From NCBI GenBank assembly GCA_029050705.1, contig JAIDME010000194.1, positions 1 to 59,156 of the forward strand: a stretch of 59,156 bases of DNA, written 5' to 3'. This document shows, one piece after another, positions 1-10,607 of the stretch (position 1 is its first letter; each line of letters starts with the position of its first letter). The notes beneath the pieces were generated by a model. It had not been told where the DNA came from and did no database searches. It worked only from the letters and a program-made list of their open reading frames with translations. This stretch comes from Acetatifactor sp. (GTDB lineage: Bacteria > Bacillota > Clostridia > Lachnospirales > Lachnospiraceae). A program made the translations under genes and the position numbers.

Positions 1-76
1 CTCTATAATAAAATAAGTTCTGTGCAACAAATGAGGGGAAATACCGATATTTGAAGAAAACAGAAATGGAGTTACT

Positions 77-2404
77 ATGGACAATCAAATGAATCAATAT
101 GACAATGGAAACCACGGGGGTTCGCCCGGCGGCGGAAATAACGGAAATGGAAATAACGGCGGAAACAACAGGAACGAGCCTCCGAAGTGGCCGGGTATCG
201 TGACTTTGATCCTGGCAGGGCTGAGTGTAATTCTGATTACCGTTTTTATAACGAACTTTTTCTTCGGAAACAGCGCTGAGGGCGAAGAGATATCCTATAC
301 TAAGTTTCTTCAGTATGTTGAGGAGGATGCCATTGAGAGCGTGGAAGTGCGCTCCACGGGAGAAGTGTATTTTACCCTGAAGAGGGATGCGGCTCAGGAG
401 GGCTCAGGAATCCAGTATCCGAGTCTGCTGCCGGGTTTCTCCTTTTCCCAGCAGGGATTTCAGAAGAAATATTACACTATGCTCATGGAGGATGTGAGCA
501 TGCTGACGGCGCGGCTGGAGGAGCACGGCATCGACGGGCACTTTGTCCCTCACAAGAGTTCCACGATTCTGGATATCTTAATATCCATTGTGCTGCCTAT
601 CCTGCTGATGTGGCTGCTGCTCAGTCTGATGTTCCGCAAGATGGGCGGGGCAGGCGGCCCCATGGGAGTAGGTAAAAATAACGCGAAGGTCTATGTGCAG
701 AAGGAGACGGGAGTCACGTTCAAGGACGTGGCCGGTGAGGACGAGGCGAAGGAATCCCTGGTGGAAGTTGTGGACTTTCTTCATAATCCCGGAAAATATT
801 CCAAAATCGGCGCAAAGCTGCCTAAGGGAGCGCTGCTGGTGGGCCCGCCCGGAACCGGTAAGACCCTGCTGGCGAAGGCTGTGGCCGGAGAGGCTCATGT
901 GCCCTTTTTCTCCCTGACAGGTTCAGACTTTATTGAGCTCTATGTTGGTGTGGGCGCAAGCCGTGTGCGCGATCTGTTTAAGGAAGCAAACAAAAATGCA
1001 CCCTGCATCATTTTTATTGATGAGATAGATGCTATCGGCAGAAGCCGTGATTCCAAGTACGGCGGAGGCAACGAGGAGCGGGAGCAGACACTGAACCAGC
1101 TGCTGTCGGAGATGGATGGATTTGACACCTCCAAGGGTATCCTCGTACTGGGTGCAACTAACCGGCCCGAGATTCTGGATAAGGCGCTGCTGCGTCCCGG
1201 ACGTTTCGACAGAAGAATTATTGTGGACAAGCCGGATTTAAAAGGACGTGTGGAAATCCTGAAGGTTCACGCAAAAGATGTCAAGATGGATGAGACGGTG
1301 GATCTGGATGCCATTGCACTGGCAACCAGCGGCGCCGTGGGTTCCGATCTTGCCAATATGATCAACGAGGCTGCTATCAATGCCGTGAAGGAGGGCAGGG
1401 AGTACGTCTGCCAGAAGGATTTGTTTAACGCGGTTGAAGTGGTGCTGGTGGGCAAGGAGAAGAAAGACCGCATCATGAGTAAGGAAGAGCGCAGAATTGT
1501 CTCCTATCATGAGGTGGGACATGCGCTGATCAGCGCACTGCAGAAAAACTCCGAGCCGGTGCAGAAGATTACCATTGTCCCCCGTACCATGGGAGCCCTG
1601 GGGTATGTCATGCATGTGCCGGAGGAAGAGAAGTACTTAAATACCGAGGCTGAACTGAGGGATATGCTGGTGGGCCTGGTAGGAGGACGCGCCGCCGAAG
1701 AGATTGTGTTTGACACCGTAACCACAGGAGCGGCAAATGATATTGAGAAGGCCACGGATATTGCCCGCAACATGGTGACTCGTTACGGTATGAGCAAGAA
1801 GTTCGGTCTTGTGGGGCTGGCAACGGTGGAGAGCCAGTACCTGGAGGGAAGGACAGAACTGAACTGCAGCGATACCACGGCGGCGAAGATAGACGCGGAA
1901 GTGGTTGAGATTCTGGCAGAAAGCTATGAAAAAGCACTGGCCCTGCTCAGGGAGAACCGCGATGTGATGGATAAGCTGGCGGAGTTCCTGATTGAGAAGG
2001 AGACCATTACCGGCAAGGAGTTCATGGAAATTTACCGCAAAGAAAAAGGAATTCCTGAGCCTGAGGCTAAGAAAGAGGATGAGAAAAAGGAAGAAAAGCA
2101 GCCTGCTGCAATTGAGATGCCGGGCCCGGTTGCAGTCCCGGAACCTGTGAGGACGCCTGCAGTGGATTCCATACAGGTGAAGGCTGAGCAGGGCGGAGAG
2201 AAAGCAAACGGATCCGAGCCCGTGCAGTCCGAGACAGCCGGAGCAGGAACGGAACAGCCCGTGCAGTCCGGAGCTGCCGAGTCAGGGTCAAGCCCGGCGG
2301 GAGCGGCGGATTCCGAAGCAGGTGAGAGTCCTGCCGGGTCCGAAGGAAACGGAGGGACAACGGACTCCGGCCCCACAGGACGTTTTTCCAACGGCAGGAT
2401 TTAG
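77..2404 (+). CDS. ftsH: ATP-dependent zinc metalloprotease FtsH
   Basis: Two N-terminal TM segments, Walker A GPPGTGKT, Walker [27 protein letters not shown] zinc motif; low-complexity N- and C-termini. Confidence 0.97.
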   Translation: MDNQMNQYDNGNHGGSPGGGNNGNGNNGGNNRNEPPKWPGIVTLILAGLSVILITVFITNFFFGNSAEGEEISYTKFLQYVEEDAIESVEVRSTGEVYFTLKRDAAQEGSGIQYPSLLPGFSFSQQGFQKKYYTMLMEDVSMLTARLEEHGIDGHFVPHKSSTILDILISIVLPILLMWLLLSLMFRKMGGAGGPMGVGKNNAKVYVQKETGVTFKDVAGEDEAKESLVEVVDFLHNPGKYSKIGAKLPKGALLVGPPGTGKTLLAKAVAGEAHVPFFSLTGSDFIELYVGVGASRVRDLFKEANKNAPCIIFIDEIDAIGRSRDSKYGGGNEEREQTLNQLLSEMDGFDTSKGILVLGATNRPEILDKALLRPGRFDRRIIVDKPDLKGRVEILKVHAKDVKMDETVDLDAIALATSGAVGSDLANMINEAAINAVKEGREYVCQKDLFNAVEVVLVGKEKKDRIMSKEERRIVSYHEVGHALISALQKNSEPVQKITIVPRTMGALGYVMHVPEEEKYLNTEAELRDMLVGLVGGRAAEEIVFDTVTTGAANDIEKATDIARNMVTRYGMSKKFGLVGLATVESQYLEGRTELNCSDTTAAKIDAEVVEILAESYEKALALLRENRDVMDKLAEFLIEKETITGKEFMEIYRKEKGIPEPEAKKEDEKKEEKQPAAIEMPGPVAVPEPVRTPAVDSIQVKAEQGGEKANGSEPVQSETAGAGTEQPVQSGAAESGSSPAGAADSEAGESPAGSEGNGGTTDSGPTGRFSNGRI

Positions 2405-2423
2405 TTAAATCAGAAAATGGTTC

Positions 2424-2453
2424 GACGGTTCTTTCCTTCGGGAGGGAGCCGTC
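2424..2453 (+). terminator. Stem-loop after ftsH (cUUCGg loop)
   Basis: gacggttctttcc-ttcg-ggagggagccgtc just after the stop codon; weak U-tract. Confidence 0.55.
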
Positions 2454-2493
2454 AATTCTATAGATATAGTTTTCAGCGGGAGGGGTACGGTCT

Positions 2494-4371
2494 ATGTTCG
2501 ACTTTGACGAAGAACTCAAAAAGCTTCCGAAGGCGCCGGGAGTCTATATTATGAGAGATGACAAAGATGTCATATTATATGTCGGCAAGGCTGTCAACCT
2601 GCATAATCGTGTGCGCTCTTATTTTCGGGAAAACATCGGCAGAGGTCCCGCCATTGACAAAATGGTGACGCTGATCGCCCGGTTTGAGTATATTGTCACG
2701 GATTCCGAACTGGAAGCTCTGGTTCTGGAAAATAATCTGATCAAGGAAAATTCCCCCAAGTACAATACTCTGTTGAAGGATGACAAAACGTATCCCTACA
2801 TTAAGGTGACAGTGGGGGAGGATTTTCCGCGCATTCTTTTTTCCCGTACCATGAAGAAGGATAAATCCAGATATTTCGGACCTTATACCAGTGCGGCGGC
2901 AGTGCGGGATACTATAGATCTGCTGAGTAAGCTGTACTGTCTGCGGACCTGCAGCCGCAGTCTGCCCAGGGACATCGGCCTGGAACGCCCCTGCCTGAAC
3001 TATCACATCAAACAGTGCCTTGGGCCCTGTCAGGGATACGTGGATAAGGAGCAGTACCGGGAGCAGGTGGGTCAGGCGCTGGAATTCCTGAACGGAAATT
3101 ATAATGTGATCTTAAAAGAGCTGGAGGGGAAGATGAAGGCAGCTGCGGAGAAGCTTGATTTTGAGGCGGCGGCGGGCTTCCGTGATTTGTACAACAGTGT
3201 GAAGCAGGTTTCCCAGAAGCAGAAGATGACCGACAATGTGGGTGAAGATAAGGATATCATCGCTCTGCATCAGGAGGAGTCCGAGGCAGTGGTGCAGGTA
3301 TTTTTTGTCAGGGATGGTAAGCTTATCGGCAGGGAACATTACTATATGACACATGTGTCATGCGGCGGCAGAGCAGAGATACTGGAAAATTTTGTGAAGC
3401 AGTTTTACGCGGGGACGCCTTTTATTCCCCGGGAGCTGATGCTGCAATATGAGATTGAAGACAGTGAACTGATAGAGAAGTGGCTCTCTGAGCGCAGGGG
3501 TGGGAAGGTTCACATCCGGGTGCCTAAAATCGGCTCGAAGGAAAGGCTGGTGGAACTGGCGGCCCAGAATGCAAGGCATATTCTGGAGCAGGACAGAGAG
3601 AGGCTGAAGCGGGAGGAGGGGCGCACCATAGGCGCCGTGAAAGAGATTGCGAATATCCTGGGGCTGGAGCATATCGAGCGCATGGAGGCCTTTGATATTT
3701 CAAACATCAACGGGTTTGAAAATGTGGGCTCCATGGTTGTGTTTGAAAAGGGGAAACCGAAGCCCAGCGATTACCGCAAATTTCGCATCAGAACGGTGTC
3801 CGGCCCCGACGATTACGCCTGTATGCGGGAGGTGCTGACAAGAAGATTTACGCACGGCATGGAGGAGAGAGAGGAACTGGAGGAGAAGGAACTGGGCAAT
3901 GAATACGGAAGCTTTACAAAATTTCCTGACCTTCTCATGATGGACGGCGGCAGAGGCCAGGTCAACATAGCGCTTTCTGTGCTGAATGAGCTCCGTATCA
4001 ACATTCCGGTCTGCGGCATGGTGAAGGATGACAACCACCGGACAAGGGGACTGTATTTTAACAATGTGGAACTACCCATTGACACTCATTCCGAGGGATT
4101 TAAGCTGATTACCAGAGTGCAGGACGAAGCCCACCGTTTTGCCATCGAATACCATCGTTCCCTGCGCAGCAAGGCCCAGGTGAAGTCGGTGCTGGACGAT
4201 ATTCCCGGAGTGGGACCGGCCAGGAGAAAGGCTTTGATGCGTCACTTTAAGTCCATTGAGGACATTAAAAATGCATCTGTGGAGGAATTATCGGAGATTC
4301 CGGAGCTGAACAGGAGGGCAGCGGAGGAGATACACAATTTTTTTGCGGCGATTCATGATTCCTTCAAGTGA
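2494..4371 (+). CDS. uvrC: Excinuclease ABC subunit C
   Basis: GIY-YIG N-terminus (PGVYIM...YVGKA), EAFDISN and DGGRGQ RNase H-like motifs, [12 protein letters not shown]-terminal HhH IPGVG. Confidence 0.97.
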   Translation: MFDFDEELKKLPKAPGVYIMRDDKDVILYVGKAVNLHNRVRSYFRENIGRGPAIDKMVTLIARFEYIVTDSELEALVLENNLIKENSPKYNTLLKDDKTYPYIKVTVGEDFPRILFSRTMKKDKSRYFGPYTSAAAVRDTIDLLSKLYCLRTCSRSLPRDIGLERPCLNYHIKQCLGPCQGYVDKEQYREQVGQALEFLNGNYNVILKELEGKMKAAAEKLDFEAAAGFRDLYNSVKQVSQKQKMTDNVGEDKDIIALHQEESEAVVQVFFVRDGKLIGREHYYMTHVSCGGRAEILENFVKQFYAGTPFIPRELMLQYEIEDSELIEKWLSERRGGKVHIRVPKIGSKERLVELAAQNARHILEQDRERLKREEGRTIGAVKEIANILGLEHIERMEAFDISNINGFENVGSMVVFEKGKPKPSDYRKFRIRTVSGPDDYACMREVLTRRFTHGMEEREELEEKELGNEYGSFTKFPDLLMMDGGRGQVNIALSVLNELRINIPVCGMVKDDNHRTRGLYFNNVELPIDTHSEGFKLITRVQDEAHRFAIEYHRSLRSKAQVKSVLDDIPGVGPARRKALMRHFKSIEDIKNASVEELSEIPELNRRAAEEIHNFFAAIHDSFK

Positions 4372-4516
4372 CGCTGCCAGTTGGACGTTATTCCCGTGAG
4401 GACACGCTTTCGCTTGAGAAAAAACGTAACAGTACATAAGGCACCAAAGTACGGTGCCAAAGTACTGACGTTTTTTACAGTCCCTACAGGAATAACATCC
4501 AGTTGACAGTTGTAAC
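4368..4516. repeat. About 150 bp long imperfect palindrome (rod-like hairpin)
   Basis: Nested complementary arms: ggcacc/ggtgcc, cagtac/gtactg, aaaaaacgt/acgtttttt, ggac/gtcc, gttattcc/ggaataac, tgga/tcca. Confidence 0.75.
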
Positions 4517-4637
4517 CAGAAGAACCGCGAATAGTATCTTCTTTCGCGGCAGACAGGTTCGGTACTTCACACAAGAGTCAAAATGTGGTAAACTTACAGG
4601 GATGGACGATTGGAAACATTAACAAAAGGAGGCCGCC

Positions 4638-5579
4638 ATGGAGTATGTTACACTGACCCGTCTGATTGAAAAAATGAAACTGATTAATCTGACGCCTGAG
4701 ATTGATGTCAAGGGAATTAAGCTCAGGCAGCCGGATATTCACCGTCCCGCCCTGCAGATGACAGGATATCTGAAGCACTTTGATGCATCCCGCCTTCAGA
4801 TCATAGGATTTGTAGAACACAGCTATTTCAGTGAGCTGGAAGAAAACCGGAAACGGGAGGTCTGCGATGAGCTGATGAGCTATGACATGCCGGCATTCGT
4901 ATTCTGCCGTGAACTGCAGCCGGATCCTATTTTTCTGGAGCAGGCCATTGCTCACAAAATCCCGATTCTGTCTACAAAGAAGACAACCTCTTCTTTTATG
5001 GCTGAATCGATCAGATGGCTGAATGTGAAGCTTGCTCCCTGTATTTCCGTGCATGGGGTGCTGGTGGATGTCTACGGCGAAGGAGTCCTGATCACCGGAG
5101 AGAGCGGAATCGGTAAGTCCGAGGCGGCTTTGGAGCTGGTAAAGAGAGGTCACCGCCTGGTGACGGATGATGTGGTGGAGCTGCGCAAGGTGAGCGACGA
5201 TACGCTGATCGGTTCCGCGCCGGATGTGACGAAGCATCTGATCGAGCTGAGGGGCATTGGTATTGTGGATATTAAAGCCCTGTTCGGAGCCAGCTCGGTC
5301 AAGGATACCTCAAATATCGATCTGGTCATCCGCCTGGAGGACTGGGACAAGGATAAGGAATATGACAGACTGGGGCTGGAGGAAAACTATATTGAATATC
5401 TGGGCAACAAGATCGTATGCCACAATATTCCCATCCGTCCCGGGCGGAATCTGGCGGTGATATGTGAATCCGCAGCAGTAAACCACCGTCAGAAGAAGAT
5501 GGGCTATAATGCCGCTCAGGAGCTTTATTCCCGGGTGCAGAATTCTCTGGCGAAAAAGAGGGAAGAGGACGACGAATAA
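4638..5579 (+). CDS. hprK: HPr kinase/phosphorylase
   Basis: HGVLVDVYGEGVLITGESGIGKSE, HRLVTDD, ELRGIGI, PGRNLA. Confidence 0.97.
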   Translation: MEYVTLTRLIEKMKLINLTPEIDVKGIKLRQPDIHRPALQMTGYLKHFDASRLQIIGFVEHSYFSELEENRKREVCDELMSYDMPAFVFCRELQPDPIFLEQAIAHKIPILSTKKTTSSFMAESIRWLNVKLAPCISVHGVLVDVYGEGVLITGESGIGKSEAALELVKRGHRLVTDDVVELRKVSDDTLIGSAPDVTKHLIELRGIGIVDIKALFGASSVKDTSNIDLVIRLEDWDKDKEYDRLGLEENYIEYLGNKIVCHNIPIRPGRNLAVICESAAVNHRQKKMGYNAAQELYSRVQNSLAKKREEDDE

Positions 5580-5603
5580 AAATGTGTTAAAAAGGGGGAA
5601 ATT

Positions 5604-6542
5604 ATGAGTAATTACGCATTTGGAGTTGACATAGGGGGAACCACGGTCAAGATTGGCCTGTTTGACAGAGAGGGCCGCGTCCTGGACAAGTGGGAGATTC
5701 CCACCAATAAAGAAAATAAGGGTGTATCCATTATACCTGACGTAGCACAGAGCCTTCTGGCGAAGATGAAGGAGAAGGGGATCAGCGAGGAGGATCTGGC
5801 AGGAATCGGCGTGGGCGCACCGGGAGCCGTAGACGAGGAAGGAACGCTGGTGGGCGGCGCAGTCAACATCGGCTGGGATGCATTTAACATACCCAAGGCG
5901 ATGAATGCATATATTAATGTACCGGTGAAGGCTGCCAATGATGCCAATGCTGCGGCGTTCGGCGAGATGTGGCAGGGCGGCGGCAAAGGCTGCAGTAACA
6001 TGGTGGCAGTAACTCTGGGAACGGGAGTGGGCGGCGGAATTATCATAAACGGAAGGCTTCTGAGCGGCACCACCGGAGCCGGCGGGGAGATCGGACATAT
6101 TCATCTTGAGGATAATGAGACGGAGGAGTGCGGCTGTAAGAATAAAGGCTGTCTGGAGCAGTATGCGTCCGCCACCGGTATTGTACGTCTGGCCGGGAGA
6201 CGTCTGAAAAAGGATGATAAACCCAGTGTGCTGCGGGAGGGTACATTGTCCGCGAAAAGCGTTTTTGATGCGGTCAAGGCAGGTGACCAGGTTGCCATCG
6301 AGATTGCGGAGCAGTTCGGCGACTATCTGGGCAAGGGTCTGGCCGTGGTTGCCGATGTGGTAAATCCTGAGATTTTTGTTATCGGAGGCGGAGTTTCCAA
6401 GGCGGGAGAGATTTTGCTCACCTTCGTGGAGCCAAAGTTTCAGAAGTATGTATACCAGCAGTGCAAAGGCGCAAAATTTGCACTGGCAAAACTGGGAAAT
6501 GATGCCGGTATTTACGGAGCGGCAGGGTTAATACTTAGATAG
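5604..6542 (+). CDS. glcK: ROK family glucokinase
   Basis: GVDIGGT, NDANAAA, GTGVGGG, GEIGH, CGCKNKGCLE zinc motif. Confidence 0.9.
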   Translation: MSNYAFGVDIGGTTVKIGLFDREGRVLDKWEIPTNKENKGVSIIPDVAQSLLAKMKEKGISEEDLAGIGVGAPGAVDEEGTLVGGAVNIGWDAFNIPKAMNAYINVPVKAANDANAAAFGEMWQGGGKGCSNMVAVTLGTGVGGGIIINGRLLSGTTGAGGEIGHIHLEDNETEECGCKNKGCLEQYASATGIVRLAGRRLKKDDKPSVLREGTLSAKSVFDAVKAGDQVAIEIAEQFGDYLGKGLAVVADVVNPEIFVIGGGVSKAGEILLTFVEPKFQKYVYQQCKGAKFALAKLGNDAGIYGAAGLILR

Positions 6543-6554
6543 GGATGGCAGAAA

Positions 6555-7466
6555 ATGATCAGTGAGGCAGTGGTTCAGTCTTTAAAAAAATTTGTACCGG
6601 AAGAGAACATATGTCTGCAGGAGCCAATGGCAGGACATACTACCTTTCGCATAGGAGGACCTGCCGATTGTTTTGTGCAGATAGAAAATAAAGAACAGCT
6701 CATACGGGTACAAAAGTACCTGATGCAGGTGGAACTGCCCTTTTTCGTTCTGGGAAACGGCAGCAATCTTCTTGTCAGTGACAAGGGCTACCGGGGGATT
6801 GTTCTGCAGATTGGCCCCGGGATGAACGGGATAGAAGTGGATGGCGATGTGATCACTGCCCAGGCGGGAGCGCTCATGTCTCAGGTGGCCCGGGCCGCGC
6901 TGGAGCATGGCCTCACCGGACTGGAGTTTGCATCCGGCATACCCGGAACCATAGGCGGCGGTGTTGTGATGAACGCAGGGGCGTATGACGGGGACATGAG
7001 CGGGGTGGTAACCCAGGTCAATGTGGTGAACAGTGCAGGCGAGTGCATGGAACTGGAAAATGACACCATGGAATTCGGCTACCGCACCAGCACCATCAAG
7101 AACAATCCCTTTACGGTGACGGAGGTAATCCTGAAGCTGGAGAAGGGTGACAGAGAACAGATCAGGGCGAAGATGGAGGACCTGGCAGTGAGACGGCGGG
7201 AAAAGCAGCCCTTGGAATATCCCAGCGCAGGCAGCACCTTCAAGAGGCCAAAAGGATGTTTTGCGGGAAAGCTTATTATGGAGGCCGGCTTAAGAGGTTT
7301 CCGTGTGGGCGGGGCAGAAGTGTCCCAAAAGCACTGTGGCTTTGTTGTCAATACCGGTAATGCTACGGCTCAGGATGTCAGAAATGTCATCAGCGAGGTG
7401 CAGGAGCGCGTGAAGGAAAGGTTTAATGTGGATTTGGAGCCGGAGATTCTGTTTTTAGGTTTTTGA
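6555..7466 (+). CDS. murB: UDP-N-acetylmuramate dehydrogenase
   Basis: HTTFRIGGPA, GNGSNLL, GIPGTIGG, MNAGAY, SAGSTFKRP. Confidence 0.97.
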   Translation: MISEAVVQSLKKFVPEENICLQEPMAGHTTFRIGGPADCFVQIENKEQLIRVQKYLMQVELPFFVLGNGSNLLVSDKGYRGIVLQIGPGMNGIEVDGDVITAQAGALMSQVARAALEHGLTGLEFASGIPGTIGGGVVMNAGAYDGDMSGVVTQVNVVNSAGECMELENDTMEFGYRTSTIKNNPFTVTEVILKLEKGDREQIRAKMEDLAVRRREKQPLEYPSAGSTFKRPKGCFAGKLIMEAGLRGFRVGGAEVSQKHCGFVVNTGNATAQDVRNVISEVQERVKERFNVDLEPEILFLGF

Positions 7467-7507
7467 TTTGAGTGCGCGCTGCGGCGTGCAGACGGGAGCA
7501 TAAACAG

Positions 7508-8374
7508 ATGAGATTTGTAATTGTGACGGGAATGAGCGGCGGAGGGAAGAGTACTGCGCTGAAAATGCTGGAGGATGCGGGTTTCTATTGTGTAGACAAT
7601 CTGCCAATCTCTCTTGTGGAGAAATTTGTGGAGCTGATCTCCACGCCCAACAGTGAGATAAGCAAGGTGGTGCTGGGACTGGATGTGCGTTCCGATCAGT
7701 CCTTTGAGGACGCCACCAGAATTCTGACCCAGCTTAAGAAAAAAGGTTATACCTTTGAGATACTGTTTATGGACACGGACGAGAATGTCCTGATAAAAAG
7801 ATATAAAGAGACGAGGCGTGTTCATCCGCTTGCACTGGATGGCAGAGTGGAGGACGGCGTCAGGCGTGAGAGGGAGGTTCTGAAGAACATCCGTCAAAGC
7901 GCAGATTATGTCATAGACACAACCAATCTCCTCACAAGGGAATTAAAAGCGGAGCTTGACCGTATTTTTGTGGAAAACGGGGAATATAACAGTCTTATGG
8001 TGACGGTAATGTCCTTCGGCTTCAAGTACGGCATTCCGGCGGACGCAGATCTGGTGTTTGATGTGCGTTTCCTGCCAAATCCGTTCTATATAGAGGAACT
8101 GAAGCATAAAACAGGAAATGATAAAGAGATACAGGACTTTGTCATGGGCAATGAAGAGGCGGAATGCTTCATGAATAAGCTGACGGACATGATACATTTT
8201 CTGATACCGAATTATGTGAAGGAAGGAAAATACCGGCTGGTCATTGCCATCGGCTGTACCGGAGGCAAGCACAGGAGCGTTACCCTTGCAAACGAATTGT
8301 ACAAGCGTATGAAGGACAAGGGTAATTACGGGATGAAGCTCTATCACAGGGACTTAACAACCGGAAACTTTTGA
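7508..8374 (+). CDS. rapZ: RNase adapter RapZ (YvcJ)
   Basis: TGMSGGGKS, DNLP, SFGFKYG, DVRFLPNP, GCTGGKHRSV; start moved to ATG 7508. Confidence 0.95.
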   Translation: MRFVIVTGMSGGGKSTALKMLEDAGFYCVDNLPISLVEKFVELISTPNSEISKVVLGLDVRSDQSFEDATRILTQLKKKGYTFEILFMDTDENVLIKRYKETRRVHPLALDGRVEDGVRREREVLKNIRQSADYVIDTTNLLTRELKAELDRIFVENGEYNSLMVTVMSFGFKYGIPADADLVFDVRFLPNPFYIEELKHKTGNDKEIQDFVMGNEEAECFMNKLTDMIHFLIPNYVKEGKYRLVIAIGCTGGKHRSVTLANELYKRMKDKGNYGMKLYHRDLTTGNF

Positions 8375-8391
8375 TATAACGGAGAGAAACA

Positions 8392-9264
8392 ATGTCATTT
8401 TCCAGTGAAGTAAAGGTTGAGCTGGCGAAACACATCAGTCCGGCAAGGCACTGTCAGATAGCGGAATTAGCGGCGATCATGAACTTCTGCGGCCAGTATG
8501 GGAGAGATTCAGATGGAAACTATACCATTGGATTTCAGACCGAAAATGAAGAGGTCGTAAGAAAAGGCTTTACATTATTAAAAAAAACATATAATATAAG
8601 AAATAGTGTTGCTTTGAGCGAGCAGGATATGCAGGGTATATTGCAGAAGCTGGGCAGCCTGGAGGAGCCGGTGAGCCGGCTGATCGTCAAAAATGCCTGC
8701 TGCAGACGTGCGTTTCTCAGGGGGGCATTCTTAAGCGTTGGTTCCATGAGCGACCCGGCAAAAAGCTATCATCTGGAATTTGCCTGTATCGATGAGAGAA
8801 AGGCAAAGCAGCTGCAGGAAATGATGAGCGGCTTTGGCATTGAATCAAAGATTATCCTTCGCAAAAAATATTATGTGGTTTACCTTAAGGAAGGATCCGG
8901 CATTGTGGATTTACTGAATGTCTGCGAGGCACCGGTAACCCTGATGAACATGGAAAATCTCCGTATACTGAAGGAGATGAGAAATTCCGTGAACAGGAGG
9001 GTGAACTGTGAGACCGCAAATATTGCCAAAACGGTAAATGCAGCTGCCAGGCAGGTGGATGACATAGAGTATCTGAGGATTCACTATGGTTTTCAAAATC
9101 TTCCGCCGGCTTTGCGGGAGATGGCGGAGGTTCGGCTGGAAAATCCGGATGCTTCGCTGAAGGAGCTTGGAGAGTACTTTAATCCCCCTATCGGGAAATC
9201 GGGGGTCAATCATAGATTGCGTAAGCTCAGTGAGCTTGCCGGGGAAGTAAGAGAAAGGAAGTAG
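8392..9264 (+). CDS. whiA: DNA-binding protein WhiA
   Basis: MSFSSEVK, FLRGAFL, NRRVNCETAN, GKSGVNHRLRK; position after rapZ. Confidence 0.95.
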   Translation: MSFSSEVKVELAKHISPARHCQIAELAAIMNFCGQYGRDSDGNYTIGFQTENEEVVRKGFTLLKKTYNIRNSVALSEQDMQGILQKLGSLEEPVSRLIVKNACCRRAFLRGAFLSVGSMSDPAKSYHLEFACIDERKAKQLQEMMSGFGIESKIILRKKYYVVYLKEGSGIVDLLNVCEAPVTLMNMENLRILKEMRNSVNRRVNCETANIAKTVNAAARQVDDIEYLRIHYGFQNLPPALREMAEVRLENPDASLKELGEYFNPPIGKSGVNHRLRKLSELAGEVRERK

Positions 9265-9287
9265 TTCTAAAAAGAGGAGGAAATATT

Positions 9288-9551
9288 ATGACAAAGAGGG
9301 ATATCAAGATTAATCTTGAGAACGGGATGGAGGCAAGGCCGATAGCGTTGCTGGTACAGGAAGCCAGCAAATACGAAAGCAAAATCTACATTCAGTCAGG
9401 CAATAAGCGAGTGAATGCAAAGAGTATCATGGGAATGATGAGCCTTGGCCTGGACAACGGAGAAGAACTGGAAGTTTCTGCGGAAGGTTCAGACGAGCAG
9501 GCGGCTGTTGAGGGAATTGAGAGTTTTTTGGAAGGAAAAAGAGGCGCATAA
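9288..9551 (+). CDS. HPr family protein, Crh-like (His15 replaced by Glu)
   Basis: GMEARPIA in place of GLHARPA; NAKSIMG keeps the regulatory Ser46. Confidence 0.9.
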   Translation: MTKRDIKINLENGMEARPIALLVQEASKYESKIYIQSGNKRVNAKSIMGMMSLGLDNGEELEVSAEGSDEQAAVEGIESFLEGKRGA

Positions 9552-9576
9552 ACAGAACGTTGCGGAGGAGTGCCGG

Positions 9577-10467
9577 ATGAGTAAAAAGCTTCTGTTCGTG
9601 TATAACCCCAGGGCGGGTAAGGCGCAGATCAGAACGAAACTTGCAGATATATTGGACATTTTTGTGGCCAAAGAATACGAGATAACCATATTCCCGACAA
9701 GAAAGCATGATGATGCAAGACAGATCGTGGAAAGGTGCTCAAAGGATTATGAACTGGTGGTGTGCAGCGGCGGCGACGGAACCCTGGATGAGGTGGTCAC
9801 CGGTATGATGCAGAGCGGCTGCCGGAGGCCGATCGGCTATATTCCCGCAGGAAGCACCAATGACTTCGGCGGCAGCCTTTCCCTGCCTAAAAATATGCTC
9901 CGTGCGGCGGAGGTTGTCGTAGGCGGCAGAGATTTTGCCTGTGACATTGGTTCCTTTAATAATGATTTGTTTGTCTATATTGCAGCGTTTGGTCTGTTCA
10001 CGGATGTGTCCTATGAGACGAAACAGGACGTGAAAAATGTTCTGGGTCATATGGCATATCTTCTGGAAGGGATGAACCGTCTGTCTGCCATAAAATCTTA
10101 CGTCATGAAGGTGACTTGCGGCGACAGGGTAATCGAGGATGAATTTATTTTCGGCATGATCACCAATTCCATGTCTGTTGGGGGATTTAAGAATATTACC
10201 GGGAAAAATGTGAAGCTGGATGACGGCTTGTTTGAGGTGACCCTGATAAAGAATCCGAAAAATCCCGTGGAGCTGAGCAGCATTATGGTTTCGCTGCTGA
10301 ACCGGAACATTGACAGCAGCTATATGTACTGCTTCCGAACGGCTGAGTTGACACTGGAATCGGCGGAGCCCGTCACCTGGACCCTGGACGGAGAAAACGG
10401 CGGCAGCCACAGCGTGGTGAATATTAAGAATATTTGCAAGGGAATTGATATAAAAGTAAAAAAGTGA
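9577..10467 (+). CDS. YegS/DagK family diacylglycerol/lipid kinase
   Basis: NPRAG, GGDGT, PAGSTNDF, LDDGLFEV, LDGE; SD ggagg before ATG 9577. Confidence 0.92.
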   Translation: MSKKLLFVYNPRAGKAQIRTKLADILDIFVAKEYEITIFPTRKHDDARQIVERCSKDYELVVCSGGDGTLDEVVTGMMQSGCRRPIGYIPAGSTNDFGGSLSLPKNMLRAAEVVVGGRDFACDIGSFNNDLFVYIAAFGLFTDVSYETKQDVKNVLGHMAYLLEGMNRLSAIKSYVMKVTCGDRVIEDEFIFGMITNSMSVGGFKNITGKNVKLDDGLFEVTLIKNPKNPVELSSIMVSLLNRNIDSSYMYCFRTAELTLESAEPVTWTLDGENGGSHSVVNIKNICKGIDIKVKK

Positions 10468-10473
10468 TATAAT
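10445..10473 (+). promoter_or_regulatory. Sigma-70 type promoter upstream of fba
   Basis: ttgata-N17-tataat overlapping the 3' end of the kinase gene. Confidence 0.6.
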
Positions 10474-10607
10474 GAGCGCAGTAGAAAAACGAAGTATTTT
10501 CGAGCGTAGCATTCGGAGCGCGTCAGCGCGTGCCTGCGAGTGATTGAGTATCCAGACATGTATGAGAAAGCAATATTTTTATAATAATATAAACGGAGGT
10601 AAATTAC

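Noticed and set aside
9445-9576. Long N-terminal extension of the lipid kinase overlapping the HPr gene
   Set aside because: A better start with SD exists at 9577. Similar upstream extensions were trimmed for rapZ, hsdM, amtB and the Thg1-like gene.
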